From NCBI GenBank assembly GCA_013115125.1, contig JABANN010000128.1, positions 1-64,000 on the forward strand: a DNA stretch of 64,000 nucleotides, read 5' to 3'. Made by a program: the position numbers and the translations under genes. A model generated the notes under the pieces. That model did no database searches. It was not told the origin of the DNA and saw only the letters and a program-made list of their open reading frames with translations. The stretch comes from Perkinsus olseni (taxonomy: Eukaryota). Shown here piece by piece: positions 24,779 to 37,667 of this stretch. The number at the start of each line of letters is the position of its first letter. Position 1 is the stretch's first letter.

Positions 24779-25974
24779 TCACTCGTCCAGCATCAATGAC
24801 CTCTTGGGTGCTTCTCCTTTAGCATCGGTATGGACCTTCCTGAGTACGGTTTTAGTCCATTCCCAAAACTCATTCCTCATAGTATCGTTACAGGTCCACC
24901 AGTAGGCAGAGTCCTTCTGCCAATCACCACGGTATCCCACTGGGAGGTAGTATCTGATGAAAACAGAATCCGTAGCAATCACTGGAGGCGACATCGGTCA
25001 TCCCAATCAACAAAGGATGTCATCGACCCACTAAAGGTGTTCAGATGCAGAGACAACAGTAGACGAGCCTACCCATCTCCGCCAGCCTCGGTGTCAACTG
25101 CGGGGCGCAACAGCGTCACGGCTCCCTGCGTAGCGTCGTAAGTCATAATTCTCGGGAATTTGCTCAGGAGTGGCCCCAAATTCGTGGACACCATACCCGG
25201 ATGAACCGCGTTCACTTTGAACTTGTTGGGATACTTCTCCTCAATGCGAGCCGAGAGTTCCCTTGTGTAGAGCAGGTTGGCGAGTTTGCTATTCCCATAC
25301 GCCGGCATGGGCTTGAAGCACTCCTCGGTCACGTTGTACCGTATACCTTCTGGATAGGAGAACACGTGGGCCGAACTGCCGGTGATGACGACTCTAACCT
25401 CGCCAGGGCTCCTCAGTAGCATTGGAGTGAGCAGCTCGAAGAGGTAAGCGTGGCCGAGATGATGAGCAGCTAACATCAACTCGATGCCTTCCTTGTTCGC
25501 CTCGTAAGTTTCGTACCACTTGCCGGCGTTCAACAGGACGATATCGAAATGGTCAATACCAGCCTTGGGAAGGGAACCAACAAAAGTCCTGACACTGTCG
25601 TAGTCGGAGAGATCCAAGGGTGCAGGGGCCAAGACCTGACCTGGCATAGAGGAGGTTATTTTATCCAACCTCTCTCGGCTGCCTCGGATACCCACGACCA
25701 CTTTAGCACCGCGGGAAGCAAGAATCCTGGCAGACTCAAAACCAATACCACTGGAGGCTCCTGTGATGAGTACCACTTTATCAGATAAATCATTCGGTAT
25801 GTCATACTCTGTAAAATCCTGGTAGTGCCAGATATTGGTAATTGGGAAGGCCGCCGTCGTTTGACGGAACCAGAACCTCAAGGTATCCCTTGAGAGGTAC
25901 ATTGCGCCTGCAGCCACAAGAGCAGGTACCACAAGAAAGCGAGGGTTCTCCGCAAGGATACGGAGATATTCCAT
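24779..25974 (-). CDS. Membrane-anchored SDR (RDH-like), SDR4
   Basis: TGASSGIG, NAG, YGNSK, HPG; same last exon. Confidence 0.92.
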
Positions 25975-26198
25975 TTATCAAACACTGGAATAAAACTGCT
26001 TGAAGTGCTTCGTTCCCGTAGACACGCTGCGCCACCACTTGTACACAAAGTATGCGTAATGTGCGGGAAAAATGATGATAGGCCTGTTAAACGTGATAGA
26101 AGTCTGCACCTATGTGTGAAACACTTTGTCCAGGGGCTGGAGCGGGCGGGCCCTAGACAGGAGAATCGGGGAAGATAGTGGGACGAGAGCCCCATCTA

Positions 26199-27481
26199 TC
26201 AGCCCAGCATCAATGACCCCTTGGGTGCTTCTCCTTTAGCATCGGTATGGACCTTCCTGAGTACGGTTTTAGTCCATTCCCAAAACTCATTCCTCATAGT
26301 ATCGTTACAGGTCCACCAGTAGGCAGAGTCCTTCTGCCAATCACCACGGTATCCTACTGGGAGGTAGTATCTGATGAACATACCGAAACATTAACGTGAG
26401 TCCAACCCAGCTCGAAGCAGTCGCTATAGGGATGACTTCATGCTCATCAATCACAGGGACGAGAGAATCCCCAACGTCGACGAGTTCTCCGGCCAACGCA
26501 CATCTATTGAAGCCCAACTTCTAGTTGCATCAGCAGCGTAGTTGAGAGAGAGGGCACGGTGCCCCGTTGCCAAACTTACCCGCCGCCTTGGTCGTCATGA
26601 GCAATAGCTGGCCCCAAGGTCGCCATGGCCCCGGCATTCACGTCATACATCACGAAGTGCGGAGCCTTCTCTTCGGTTACAGGGACTCGCACGAACCCTG
26701 GATGGACCGCATTCACCACAAACTTCCCAGGATAGGACTCTTCGAGATGAGCAGAAAGCTCTCTAGTGTAGAGTAGGTTCGCCAGCTTACTGTTGGCATA
26801 AGCAGTGAACGGGGAGAAATCCTCTCGCAGAATGTCATAACGTATACCCTCGCTATATGACCAGATGTGAGCGACGCTAGAGGTGATGACGACTCTAACC
26901 TCGCCAGGGCTCCTCAGTAGCATTGGAGTGAGCAGCTCGAAGAGGTAAGCGTGGCCGAGATGATGAGTAGCTAACGTCGATTCGATACCTCCCTTGTTGG
27001 TGCTGTACTGCGTGACCAGTCTACCGGCGTTGAAAAGGACAATATCAAAATGGTGAATACCAGCCTCCGATAGTGCTTCAACAAAGCTTCTTATACTGTC
27101 GTAGTCGGAGAGATCCAAGGGTGCAGGGGCCAAGACCTGACCTGGGATAGAGGAGGTTATTTTATCCAACCTCTCTCGGCTGCCTCGGATACCCACGACC
27201 ACTTTAGCACCGCGGGAAGCAAGAATCCTGGCAGACTCAAAACCAATACCACTGGAGGCTCCTGTGATGAGTACCACTTTATCAGATAAGTCATTTGGTA
27301 TATCATACTCTGTAAAGTCCTTATAGTGTAAGAAATTTGTTATTGGGAACGTTACGAACATCTGACGTAACAAAACCGGCCACGCCTTGAGAGGTGTGTC
27401 CGAGTCCACATAGAAGAACATCGCAGCCCACGCGACGAGTAGGGGGACGACGACCAAGCCCAATGTACGGCGGAAACTCAT
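26199..27481 (-). CDS. Membrane-anchored SDR (RDH-like), SDR5
   Basis: TGASSGIG, NAG, YANSK, HPG; same last exon. Confidence 0.92.
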
Positions 27482-28543
27482 TGAGAGACTCAACAGCCTT
27501 CAACCGGTTCATACTCGAAGTCGACATCGGTGCATCCTAGCTCAATAGCAATGGGAAGTCTGAAGAGGTGACGCCGCCGCGGTGTGGCCCCGTAGGCGCG
27601 TGACGCAATCTAACATAATCCCAGGGGAAAACATGGAGCGTCACCAGTGAGATTCACCAGCCACCGTCACCAATGGACCCTGCCAGAGGTATAGGAGACA
27701 GGAAGGGTGGATTCAGAGGAAAACGCCCGGCTCACGGTGCGTCACCTCAGATACCCGGTGGTGTTTTATCATCAGGTGTATCGAACACAGACTGATGTAG
27801 AAGTAAGACATGTGTTTGCTCCAGGAGACCCCATAAGAGGGTAAGACGAGGTGAGTCTGCCAAGGCTCTCAGCGAACGCACGTTGCCGCCAATCCTTGTG
27901 ATACGGAGTGACCTCAACGAGGAGAGTGTCCCATTCTTCCCTTTATGCTGCCCATTACTGGGCAAACCACTGTGAAGTCGGCATCGTGCGTGAAGGCTGA
28001 ACCGGTTCTGAATCCTGCAGTCACTCACGGCATTCGTTCAATACACAGGTACTCTCGGCGGACGTGGTAGTGTGCTACATTCGCCGTTGGGATCGCTCTC
28101 CAAATTTTTTGCTACTGTGGATCATTCAGATACCGGGTATCTGATACCCTATTCACCGAAAGAAAGGCGGATCATAACTTTTATTACGATCGGTTCGGTA
28201 GGACACCCCCAGGGTGTCACCCTGGCACATGTGCAATGCGTCCACTCTCAGAATCCGTTACACCCCGTCAATGCTAGAACCAGTCGCGCGTAAAGGATCG
28301 CTCGAAACCTAGCGCACAGCGCTGTTGCGCTAGAGTGTCTCATGCCCGGCGAAATCGGAGACCGAAAGCTAAGATGAAATTTGTCGACCGATATTCCCGT
28401 CGCTACTCCCAACGATTGAACCAGAGCACCACAATGCTCTCGGGATGATACAGACATTCTAGGGGCGGGAACCCCCCAAAAACGAAGTAACGACCGTGGG
28501 CAACATTCAACGAAGGTTTCAAATGAATCGGTAGAGGTCGGAG

Positions 28544-29699
28544 TTACAGCTCACTAAGCATGAGGGACCCCTCGATAGGGTGGCTATCCCTCACCGCACT
28601 GTGAACCTTCCTCAGCCAGGTGCGTGTCCAATCCCAGAGCTCATGGCGCATCGTCTCATTGCAGGTCCACCAATGGGCCGTATCTCGCTCCCAGTCCGCA
28701 CGAAGTCCCACCGGGACATAGTACCTGATAGGCAAGGGCGAGTAGAGCAGCGCCAAGACAACTGAGAAACCAGGCCAAGCCAGGGACTCACCCGTCCGTG
28801 GCGACTTGACCATCAACAGCCGGCCTGAGGAGCGGCATAGCACCAAGAGTCGCGTTGTATGCAAGCCAGCTGGGAAAACTCTTGACCGACGCTGACAACT
28901 CTGTATGGACCGCTCCCGGATTGACCGAGCTCACGATGAACTTCTTCGGAAAAGTTTGGTCCAAGCGTTTAGCGAGCTCGCGGCCATAGAGCAGATTAGC
29001 CAGTTTGCTATTTGCATAAGCCACTCTCGATTGATAGATTTCAGCGGTATCGTTGTAGCGGATACCCTCAGGATAGGACCACATATGGGCGACACTACCG
29101 GTGATGACCACTCGAACCTGTCCTGGGGCCCTCAGCACGAATGGAGTGAGCAACTCGAAGAGGTAGGCATGACCGAGATGATGAGTAGCCATCATCCACT
29201 CTACACCATCGGGGTTAGCGGAGAATTCCTCTGGCCTTTTCCCAGCGTTCAACAGGACGATATCGAAATGGTCAATACCAGCCTTGGGAAGGGAATCAAC
29301 AAAAGTCCTGACACTGTCGTAGTTGGAGAGATCCAAGGGTGCAGGGGCCAAGACCTGACCTGGGATAGAGGAGGTTATTTTATCCAACCTCTCTCGGCTG
29401 CCTCGGATACCCACGACCACTTTAGCACCGCGGGAAGCAAGAATCCTGGCAGACTCAAAACCAATACCACTGGAGGCTCCTGTGATGAGTACCACTTTAT
29501 CAGATAAATCATTTGGTATATCATACTGTGTGAAATCCTCTTCATGTGCTCTGTTGCAGTATCGGCAACTGTTGAGAGCCGCCCTCATGAGGATAGGTAG
29601 ATACCCACGGGAAGCTTCCATATCGAAGGTTGTACACACACCGTAGAGTATGGCAACCAGTAACACGAGGATGGACACTATAGTAGGGAGGATGGGCAT
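28544..29699 (-). CDS. Membrane-anchored SDR (RDH-like), SDR6
   Basis: TGASSGIG, NAG, YANSK, VNPG. The N-terminus (TFDMEASRGYLP) resembles SDR1. Last exon RYYVPVGLRADWERD... Confidence 0.92.
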
Positions 29700-29984
29700 G
29701 AGGAGGACGGGGAAGAACACGGGTATCCCTGTTGGAGATGTCACGGCATACTCGCGGCTTGGACACCACCTCGGAAAAACGCGCGCGGAGGACGATACCC
29801 CCGCCGGATTGGGCACTACCGTCGAGCCGAACGTGCTAACGCGCATCACAACCCCAGGTGCGGAGCGCGGATACTGGTTGAAGGGGATACTGATAATAGC
29901 GAGACGAGTATTATCTCAGAGACGATTCAACAATCAGATAACCACTTTCCCGTGGTCTTGAATCGGGCATAACCCAGCGTAATC

Positions 29985-30360
29985 TCAAGGGCAATTGATG
30001 GCGTGGGAGTTTGGAAAATGACTCGTAAATACACCACGTATGGATTGAACCTTCAACCTTCCGATACCTTGCACTCCTTCAATACCATTAAACCAACCCA
30101 TCGGCCCGCTGACGTGTGGGATTTTCGTACGGCCAGGAGTGGAGATTCGACGCGAACAATGATCACTAGCATGCGGATTGGCTCTCGGCTCATGTCCGAC
30201 AATGGTCCATAATCCGAACATGGGTTTTGAGGACAAGTAGCTCGACTGGTTCGAGAATGATATTGACATCCAATCAGCCCAGGTTCATATCGCACTTTCC
30301 CATTGATCATCTTCATGATCATGCGCTGGTGAAGTTTTTCAAGTCGTTGTAAGAGAGCAA
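29985..30360 (-). mobile_element. Possible decayed non-LTR (RTE-like) retrotransposon 3' remnant
   Basis: Across frames: LQRLEKLHQRMIMKMING..RYE, WTIVGHEPR, GRTK...WFNGIE. This is reminiscent of the post-RT region of RTE elements (RLE.FHQRCLR.I, W.GHV.R, GRP...W). Confidence 0.3.
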
Positions 30361-30439
30361 GATACTCTAGCACAATTGCGATGATGGAAAAGCTCAACGG
30401 CTTCCCGTTCCCGCGTACGGTTTCAGTGTTTCCTGAAAC

Positions 30440-33400
30440 ATGGAGCCATTGCGAGACCCCCTCGGTGATCGGCCCGTAAAAAGTGTCACACCACCACCGA
30501 GAGCCGTAATGACTAAGCACTGAGAGTGACTCATGTCTTGATGCGCTATGAACCTCAGCCCCTTGACAAGCCTCTGCTCTTCCCGAACGGGCCGGATGAG
30601 CCTCCCGACTGGCGGGCACTCAAGGACCATTTGGTAAGAGAGCGGTACGGGGAAGGTGTCCTGGCTCGGCATGATGCGTTATTTAGTTTCATGAAGGTCG
30701 ACTCGACCTAGAGTCAATTAATATGATACTTAACGCGTGCATGGATGTTTTGGGAAAGGAACCCAACATAGTGAAGCTGAAGGACCCCATAACAGTGGTT
30801 GGGGATATTCATGGACAGTAGTGGAGGAGGAAGGGGGTCGTCTGTGATGGTATATAATAATACCGTAGATACTACGACTTGATAAAGTTATTAGAAGTTG
30901 GAGGGGATCCATCAACCACCCAGTGAGGCCACACCATCAACACCACCGCCAGCTGCTGTTTTATGCCACTTCTACTTTAGATATCTCTTCCTCGGTGATT
31001 ATGTTGATAGAGGGAGTTATAGCGTAGAAGTGCTGCTACTATTGTAATAATACACCATCGTTACCACTACCATCGATTTTATGCTACCCACCCATTATCA
31101 ATAGGTACGCATTGAAGATTAATTACCCAAAGGCAATAACGTTACTACGGGGGAACCATGAGTGTCGGCAGATGACCGCCTTTTTCAATTTCCGCGATGA
31201 ATGCGAGTAATACCATGGGGGGGGATATCTTACTCTTACATCGGCCATCGAATCGAGGTCCGTTCGATAATGCTCTGCTTCGTCTGCTACCCACTGATCG
31301 TACGCACTTTCCTCGGGCTTCCAATCCTCGCATTAAGACATTCTCATCAGCTCCATGAACTCACCGCACTTCCTCCGGGACGATTGATTCCTTTTTCTGC
31401 ACGGCGTGATGCTTCCGTTCCGCACCGTACGTTCTATCACTTATCAAGAGCTACTTTGGTGCTGCGCTGGCTGCTCTTGGACTGTCCGCAATGGTACCCT
31501 GTCCCCCTTCGTCATTTGCTACTCTTTTCATACTTCTCATTCGCAGCTCGTAGTTGTTAGTGCCATCGAGAGTGCTTCTTATCAATCACCTTGTACGGCC
31601 CAGTAGGGACCCTTGCGCCCCGTCTTCATGTCGTTCAACAACGTGGACTCCATCCCTAGAGTCATGCAGGCTTGGTCACATGGCTCTCCACTTCCAGGTA
31701 CAAACACAACCTTACCGTCTATGCGCTTTTTGCGCAGTCCTTCGACCACTTACCTCTAGCCGCTCTTCTCAACGGTAATAATCCCGTCGTCAGGTTTTGG
31801 AGTGCCTCACCGTGCTGTCCCCTCAGGAAAGTTTCTTTGTGTTCACGGTGGCTTATCACCGGATCTTCATACATTGGCAGACATTAACAAGGCCAATAGA
31901 TTTCAGGAGACACCTCGCCACGGAATGATGTGGTAAGGCTATAGCGTGCTGCCGATCGGGATGGTATTCTTCTTTCTAGTGATCTTCTATGGAGCGACCC
32001 CGAGAACGAGAAGAAGGGAGATTCTCCAGTCGGGGCGGCATTTTTTGCTAATGATGTGGGTGATTAGATTTGGCTTCGATGCATTACTTTGTCGATCGTA
32101 GGTCCGTGGCTGCAGCTATTTCTACACGTATGATGGCGCGATGAGATTCCTAGAGAATAATTCGTAGGGCGGTTTGTTATCAAGTCTTTTGCTCGAACGG
32201 CCCGGGTTCCATCCTCTGTACAGGTTATTGTCGGTTATTCGAGCACATGAGGCTCAGCTGGAGGGATACAAGATGCACAGTAGTATAGAATCGGCCTTTG
32301 GGTTCTCGGCGTTGCTCTGGGAGCGCGTACTGCTGTGATGGCTTCCCGAGTAGAGTGTCTTCCTCTCCGCAGGGACCAACGAGGCCACGGGCTTCCCTTC
32401 GGTTATTACCATTTTCTCGGCGCCTAACTATTGTGATGTCTACAATAATAAGGTGATCGGAGGCGGCGGCGGCAGCGCTTCTGCTGGAACTCTTTCCCCG
32501 TCCCATCTCTCAGGGCGCAGTACTGAAGTTTGAGAACAACACGTTGAACGTGCTGCAGTTCAATTTCTCGAAGCATCCGTAGGTCGACCGGCGCATCATC
32601 ATTCACCTCCTCATCCTGTTGGGCGTCGTCACAGTGGACGCTGCCAGATACCATTTGCCTGGCTGCATGGATGTCTTCGCTTGGTCCCTACCATTCGTCG
32701 CTGAGAAGATCACAGAGATGCTTTTCCACCTGATTAAGGCAGAGGAAGTGCGCATAGCGTCCCCTATGAAGACTGCCATGTCCTCTCCCCTTCAGGATGC
32801 ACCGGATGACCCCGAGATCGATCTGCCTGAACTGTCAGACACTGAGAAGAGGAAGTTGAGTTGGTCGAGGAGGGACAGTCTGTCTGACGAACAGGTATGA
32901 GAGGGGAGAGGGTGGGGTGACGAAGCCCTTGGAGACCTTTGATCGATGATCAGAACGCGTCGATCCATCTGGCTGCTAGGCTGCATCACCACATGATAAC
33001 TGAGGCTACAAAAGGTAGCTTGGAGCGGTCCTGGCCCGGCTGATGGTCCTGTAGGGCGTGAGGGGGATGGGACGAAGAACGAGGCAGAGGAGGAGACACC
33101 TGAGGAAAGAGCGGATCGTTTGCGGAAAAAGATCAAGACTGTAGGAGGAGGGTAGAGACGAGTTGGGCTCTTTATGGTATTGAGCACGGAGGAGTGAACT
33201 CCCTGTCAGGTGAGCCGTATGATGCTGATGTTCAAGACACTGCGAGAGGAGAATGAGACCATCATCAGCCTGAAGGGAGTATGTCCCGGCCACAGGTGGG
33301 ATTAATGACATCCTATTATTACCACCACCGATACCATCGACCCTCTCAGATTGGCACCGGGGCTCCTGCTGTCCGGTCGTGATGCCTTAAAGAATGAGCT

Positions 33401-33506
33401 AGAGAAGTTCACTGAGGCCCGATCTATGGACCTAGAGAACGAGCGAATGCCCACCGACGAGAAGGAGAGCAACCCCATGACACGCTCTGAAGGGTCTACT
33501 TCCTGA
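30440..33506 (+). CDS. CNA: Calcineurin catalytic subunit A (PP2B), paralog 1, multi-exon
   Basis: GDIHGQ, GDYVDRG, LRGNHE, HGGLSP, RAHE, SAPNY; CnB-binding [19 protein letters not shown]; CaM-binding [19 protein letters not shown]; autoinhibitory [15 protein letters not shown]. Confidence 0.95.
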
Positions 33507-34001
33507 CACCGTTCATGCCCATCATTTCCATGCCTCTGATGCATGCTGTTGTTAATGGCTGCCGCTCACCGCGCCTTATAGAGAGTAGCTGTCGCGTTAG
33601 TGCTCGAGAATCATCGCGAAAGCAAGGCAAGGATTCGGGGCTTGGGGTCGGGTCACTCGGGTGCAACCCCCCCCCCGGAAGCCCCCCTTCGTCTCCGGAG
33701 AGTCTACTCTGGCTGCAGATACCCGCTCACACGCCGCTGGGACTCCGCGAGGGGAGCGTCCTCAACCGAAGCCTTCCTTGAGTCCGAATATAGAACCGCT
33801 CGGCCAATATACCAGTAGATTAATCTAAGGCCTATCATTGTCACTCACGCTTCGCTTCAACTCCGTCCAGGGCTGGCTACGTCACGGTAGCCGTGGTGTT
33901 GACTCTTCACAGCTGTCAAAAATAGCAGCACCAGCAGCAGCACTAGCTTAGCGTTTGCAGTAGTATTATTATCTTTTGACTCGTCATTCATCGAAGGCAG
34001 C

Positions 34002-37000
34002 ATGGAGCCGTTGGAGGATCCCCTGCACGACCGACGAGTCGATACAGTAACCCCACCTCCCAGAGCAGTAATGAGGAGTAGCATAGGGGATAGGCTGTAA
34101 CCGCCGCCCTTGCCTTTCAGCCCCTCACGCCGGAGCTGCTATTTCCGGAAGGTGAAGAGTCGCCACCGGACTGGCGATGCCTTAGAAAGCATTTGGTGAG
34201 AAAATCACTTCGGATGGCTAGGTGGCGTATCTTATTTGACTCTAGTTCGCGGAGGGAAGGCTGTATATTGAGTCGATTACGCGTATAGTGAAGGCCTTCA
34301 TCAACCTGTGTACAGCAGAACCCAACATAGTGAAGCTGAAGGACCCCATAACAGTGGTTGGGGATATTCATGGACAGTAGTGGACGAAAGGGGGGTCGCC
34401 TGTGATGGTATATAATAATACCGTAGATACTACGACTTGATAAAGTTATTAGAAGTTGGAGGGGATCCATCAACCACCCAGTGAGGCCACACCATCAACA
34501 CCACCGCCATCTGCTGTTTTATGGCACTTCTACTTTAGATATCTCTTCCTCGGTGATTATGTTGATAGAGGGAGTTATAGCGTAGAAGTGCTGCTACTAT
34601 TGTAATAATACACCATCGTTACCACTACCATCGATTTTATGCTACCCACCCATTATCAATAGGTACGCGTTGAAGATTAATTACCCAAAGACAATAACGT
34701 TACTACGGGGGAACCATGAGTGTCGGCAGATGACCGCTTTTTTCAATTTCCGCGATGAATGCGAGTAATATGAGCCCGATCGATCATCACCTTCAAGAGC
34801 ACCACAGTGCTCACGGTCCCCTAGACCAATATCTCGTCATAATGATCTGCTCCTTTCCGACGGATCTCTCGACATGACGATCGTCAGAGGGCTTCGGAAT
34901 CCCTTCCCGCTCCGTAGATGAGGGCGTGTTGTTCTATCAGGTATAAGTATAATTTGACAGTCTACGAACTCTTCATGGAGTCCTTCGACAGCCTCCCGCT
35001 GGCTGCTGTTGTTAACGGTAAAGCTGGACTGCTGGGAGGGCGCCATTGTCCTTACCTTCGGCTGTTCAGGGAAGTTCCTCTGCATCCACGGTGGCCTGTC
35101 TCCGGATCTTAACAGCCTTGCTGACTTCAATAACATCAATCGATTTCAAGAGCCCCCTCGGCAAGGTCTCTTCTGGTGGGTGTGTCGGTCGCTTGGGTCC
35201 TGCCCACCTGAGTTTGGTTCAGTGATATTCTCTGGAGCGACCCCGAGGAGGAGAAGGATGGCGTAACGGTTTTCAAGTCGAAGGAGAGGTCGTTTATTCC
35301 CAACGACGTAAGGCGGCTGTTGCCAGTTTTGAAGACGTGGACGCGCGTTGTTAGGTGCGCGGATGCAGCTTTTTCTATACGTATGAAGCAGCGACTAAGT
35401 TTTTAGGGAAGAATTCGTAAGGCGGTCGGGTGTCAGGCTGACCTTTGAATGACGCGGGTTCCATCCTCTGTACAGGTTATTGTCGGTTATTCGAGCACAT
35501 GAGGCCCAGCTGGAGGGATACAAGATGCACAGTAGTACAGAATCATGGAAGGGGTGTTCTTGACTCTGCGAGATCTCATCCAAAGTCTATTTTGAGACCA
35601 TCGTTCGCCCTGGAATGGAGATCGCTGGCGGCGCCCTTTTTCTTCTGGTCGCGAGGAGCCACTCGGGCTTCGAATAGTGAAGATATTAATGGATCAGTGA
35701 AGATATCGACGCTTCGAGTATCGTGGTGAGCACACGAGAAGGCCAGCATTGGGAAGTTCTTTCCGGCCTCCTCCGCTCCTCGCTCGGATCATCAGCCCTT
35801 GTGATTGCATAGAGCTGTTTGTACATGGGAAGCATGCAACGAGTGGCTTGATGGCCTTTCTCGTCCAAGGCTTCGCTGATTCGAGATCACCTCCTTCAGG
35901 GACCAACGAGGCCACGGGCTTCCCTTCGGTTATTACCATTTTCTCGGCGCCTAACTATTGTGATGTCTACAATAATAAGGTGATCAGAGGCGGCAGCGCT
36001 TCTACTGAAACTTCCTTCCCGTCTCTCAGGGTGCAGTACTGAGGTTCGAAAACAACACGTTGAACATACTACAGTTCAACTACTCGAAGCACCCGTAAGA
36101 TGCTCATCAGCTTCCCGATCAGCTTCATCATCGTGATGGTGGCCTCTAGGTACCACCTCCCCAACTTCATGGATGTCTTCGCTTGGTCGATGCCTTTTGT
36201 CGCTGAGAAGATCACCGAAATGCTCTTCTACGTTTTGAACCCTCAGAACGAGTCCGGCGATGTATGTTGAGCCTCTTCGCAGCCCTCGTCAGTGATTTCT
36301 TCTCTTCAGTACGCTCGAGTGCCTGATGTAGCGGATGAGGACCTCCCACAGCTGCCAGAAGCAGATCTGGAGCAGCTCAAGGTGGCCCGACTGTCGAGCT
36401 TGTCCGAGGAGCAGGTCGGCCGGGCGGGAGTACTTCGACTCAATTATCTCGATTCTTTCCAGAATAAGTCGGTCTCCTTGGCGGCCCGACTTCACCAGCA
36501 TATGATGGCGGAGGGCGCCAAGGTTATTGAGCAAAGTAGTAGTACGGGGACAGGTACTTGGCGGGTTCTCAACAGTCCTTGGAGAGCCTCTCTGGATCGT
36601 CAGTGGAAGCTTTTGTAGGTAGAGAGGCAGAGGCCAGTGGCAAGGCAATATCAAAGGAGAAGGCCGATCGTATGCGGAAGAAGATACAGACTGTAAGAGG
36701 AGGGAGAGACGAGTTGGGCTTTTTATGGTATTGAGCACGGAGGAGTGACAGCCCTGTCAGGTGAGCCGTATGATGCTGATGTTCAAGACACTGCGAGAGG
36801 AGAATGAGACCATCATCAGCCTCAAGGGAGTATGTCCCGGCCACAGGTGGGATTAATGACATCCTATTATTACCACCACCGATACCACCGACCCTCTCAG
36901 ACTGGCACCGGGGCTCCTGCTGTCCGGTCGTGATGCCTTAAAGAACGAGCTAGAGAAGTTCACTGAGGCCCGATCTATGGACCTCGAGAACGAGCGAATG

Positions 37001-37060
37001 CCCACCCAGAAGGAGGTTGAAAGCCAACCTCATTTCCACCGAGGGATGTCATCATCATAG
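34002..37060 (+). CDS. CNA: Calcineurin catalytic subunit A (PP2B), paralog 2, multi-exon
   Basis: Same motif set and matching intron positions as paralog 1; ends ...[24 protein letters not shown]. Confidence 0.95.
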
Positions 37061-37667
37061 TAGTGATGGTGACTCTTGGCTCATCTTGCTCTCTTGGGCA
37101 ATTCCTCAACGTCTCCTCCTGTACTCTGCTGGACATGCTTTAAAACTGTGTAAGATTACTGGAAAGATTGTAAGTGCATCGTCCCCTGTCGATTCTATTA
37201 TACCCCTCCCCATCGTTGCGGGAGGCACCCCCATCTGCTGGTGATGCTGTGCTCGTTTTCAACCTCGTAGTGCCTGTCTCTATGAAAGCCGTGTACCTGT
37301 CTGTTTGGTTCGTTCAATCGACCACTGGTGGAGCGGAGGTCTGTTGTGACTTGTATGGCGTCCTCGGTGCCTTCAGTTGCGTGAGTAATTAATGTTTGCC
37401 TAGACTAACGTCCTGTAGGCATCGCATTGGTTAGTCCCTAATACGGTTCACTGAGAACACCAGTGTACGGACGTCGCCGGTTTGTGCGCTCTCCCTTTTC
37501 TTAACAATCGCAATCATTCTGTCGCTATCGCTGGTGTAACTACACAGAAGTAGGCTCCCAAGGGAGGGAGGATTGAATCCATCGCCATACCAGTGGGGAA
37601 GGATGTCTCCTCTCATCGGTCTGTCCGTGCTAGCGGGAGCGTTTAGGTTTTTGTTTAGCGCCTAGCC

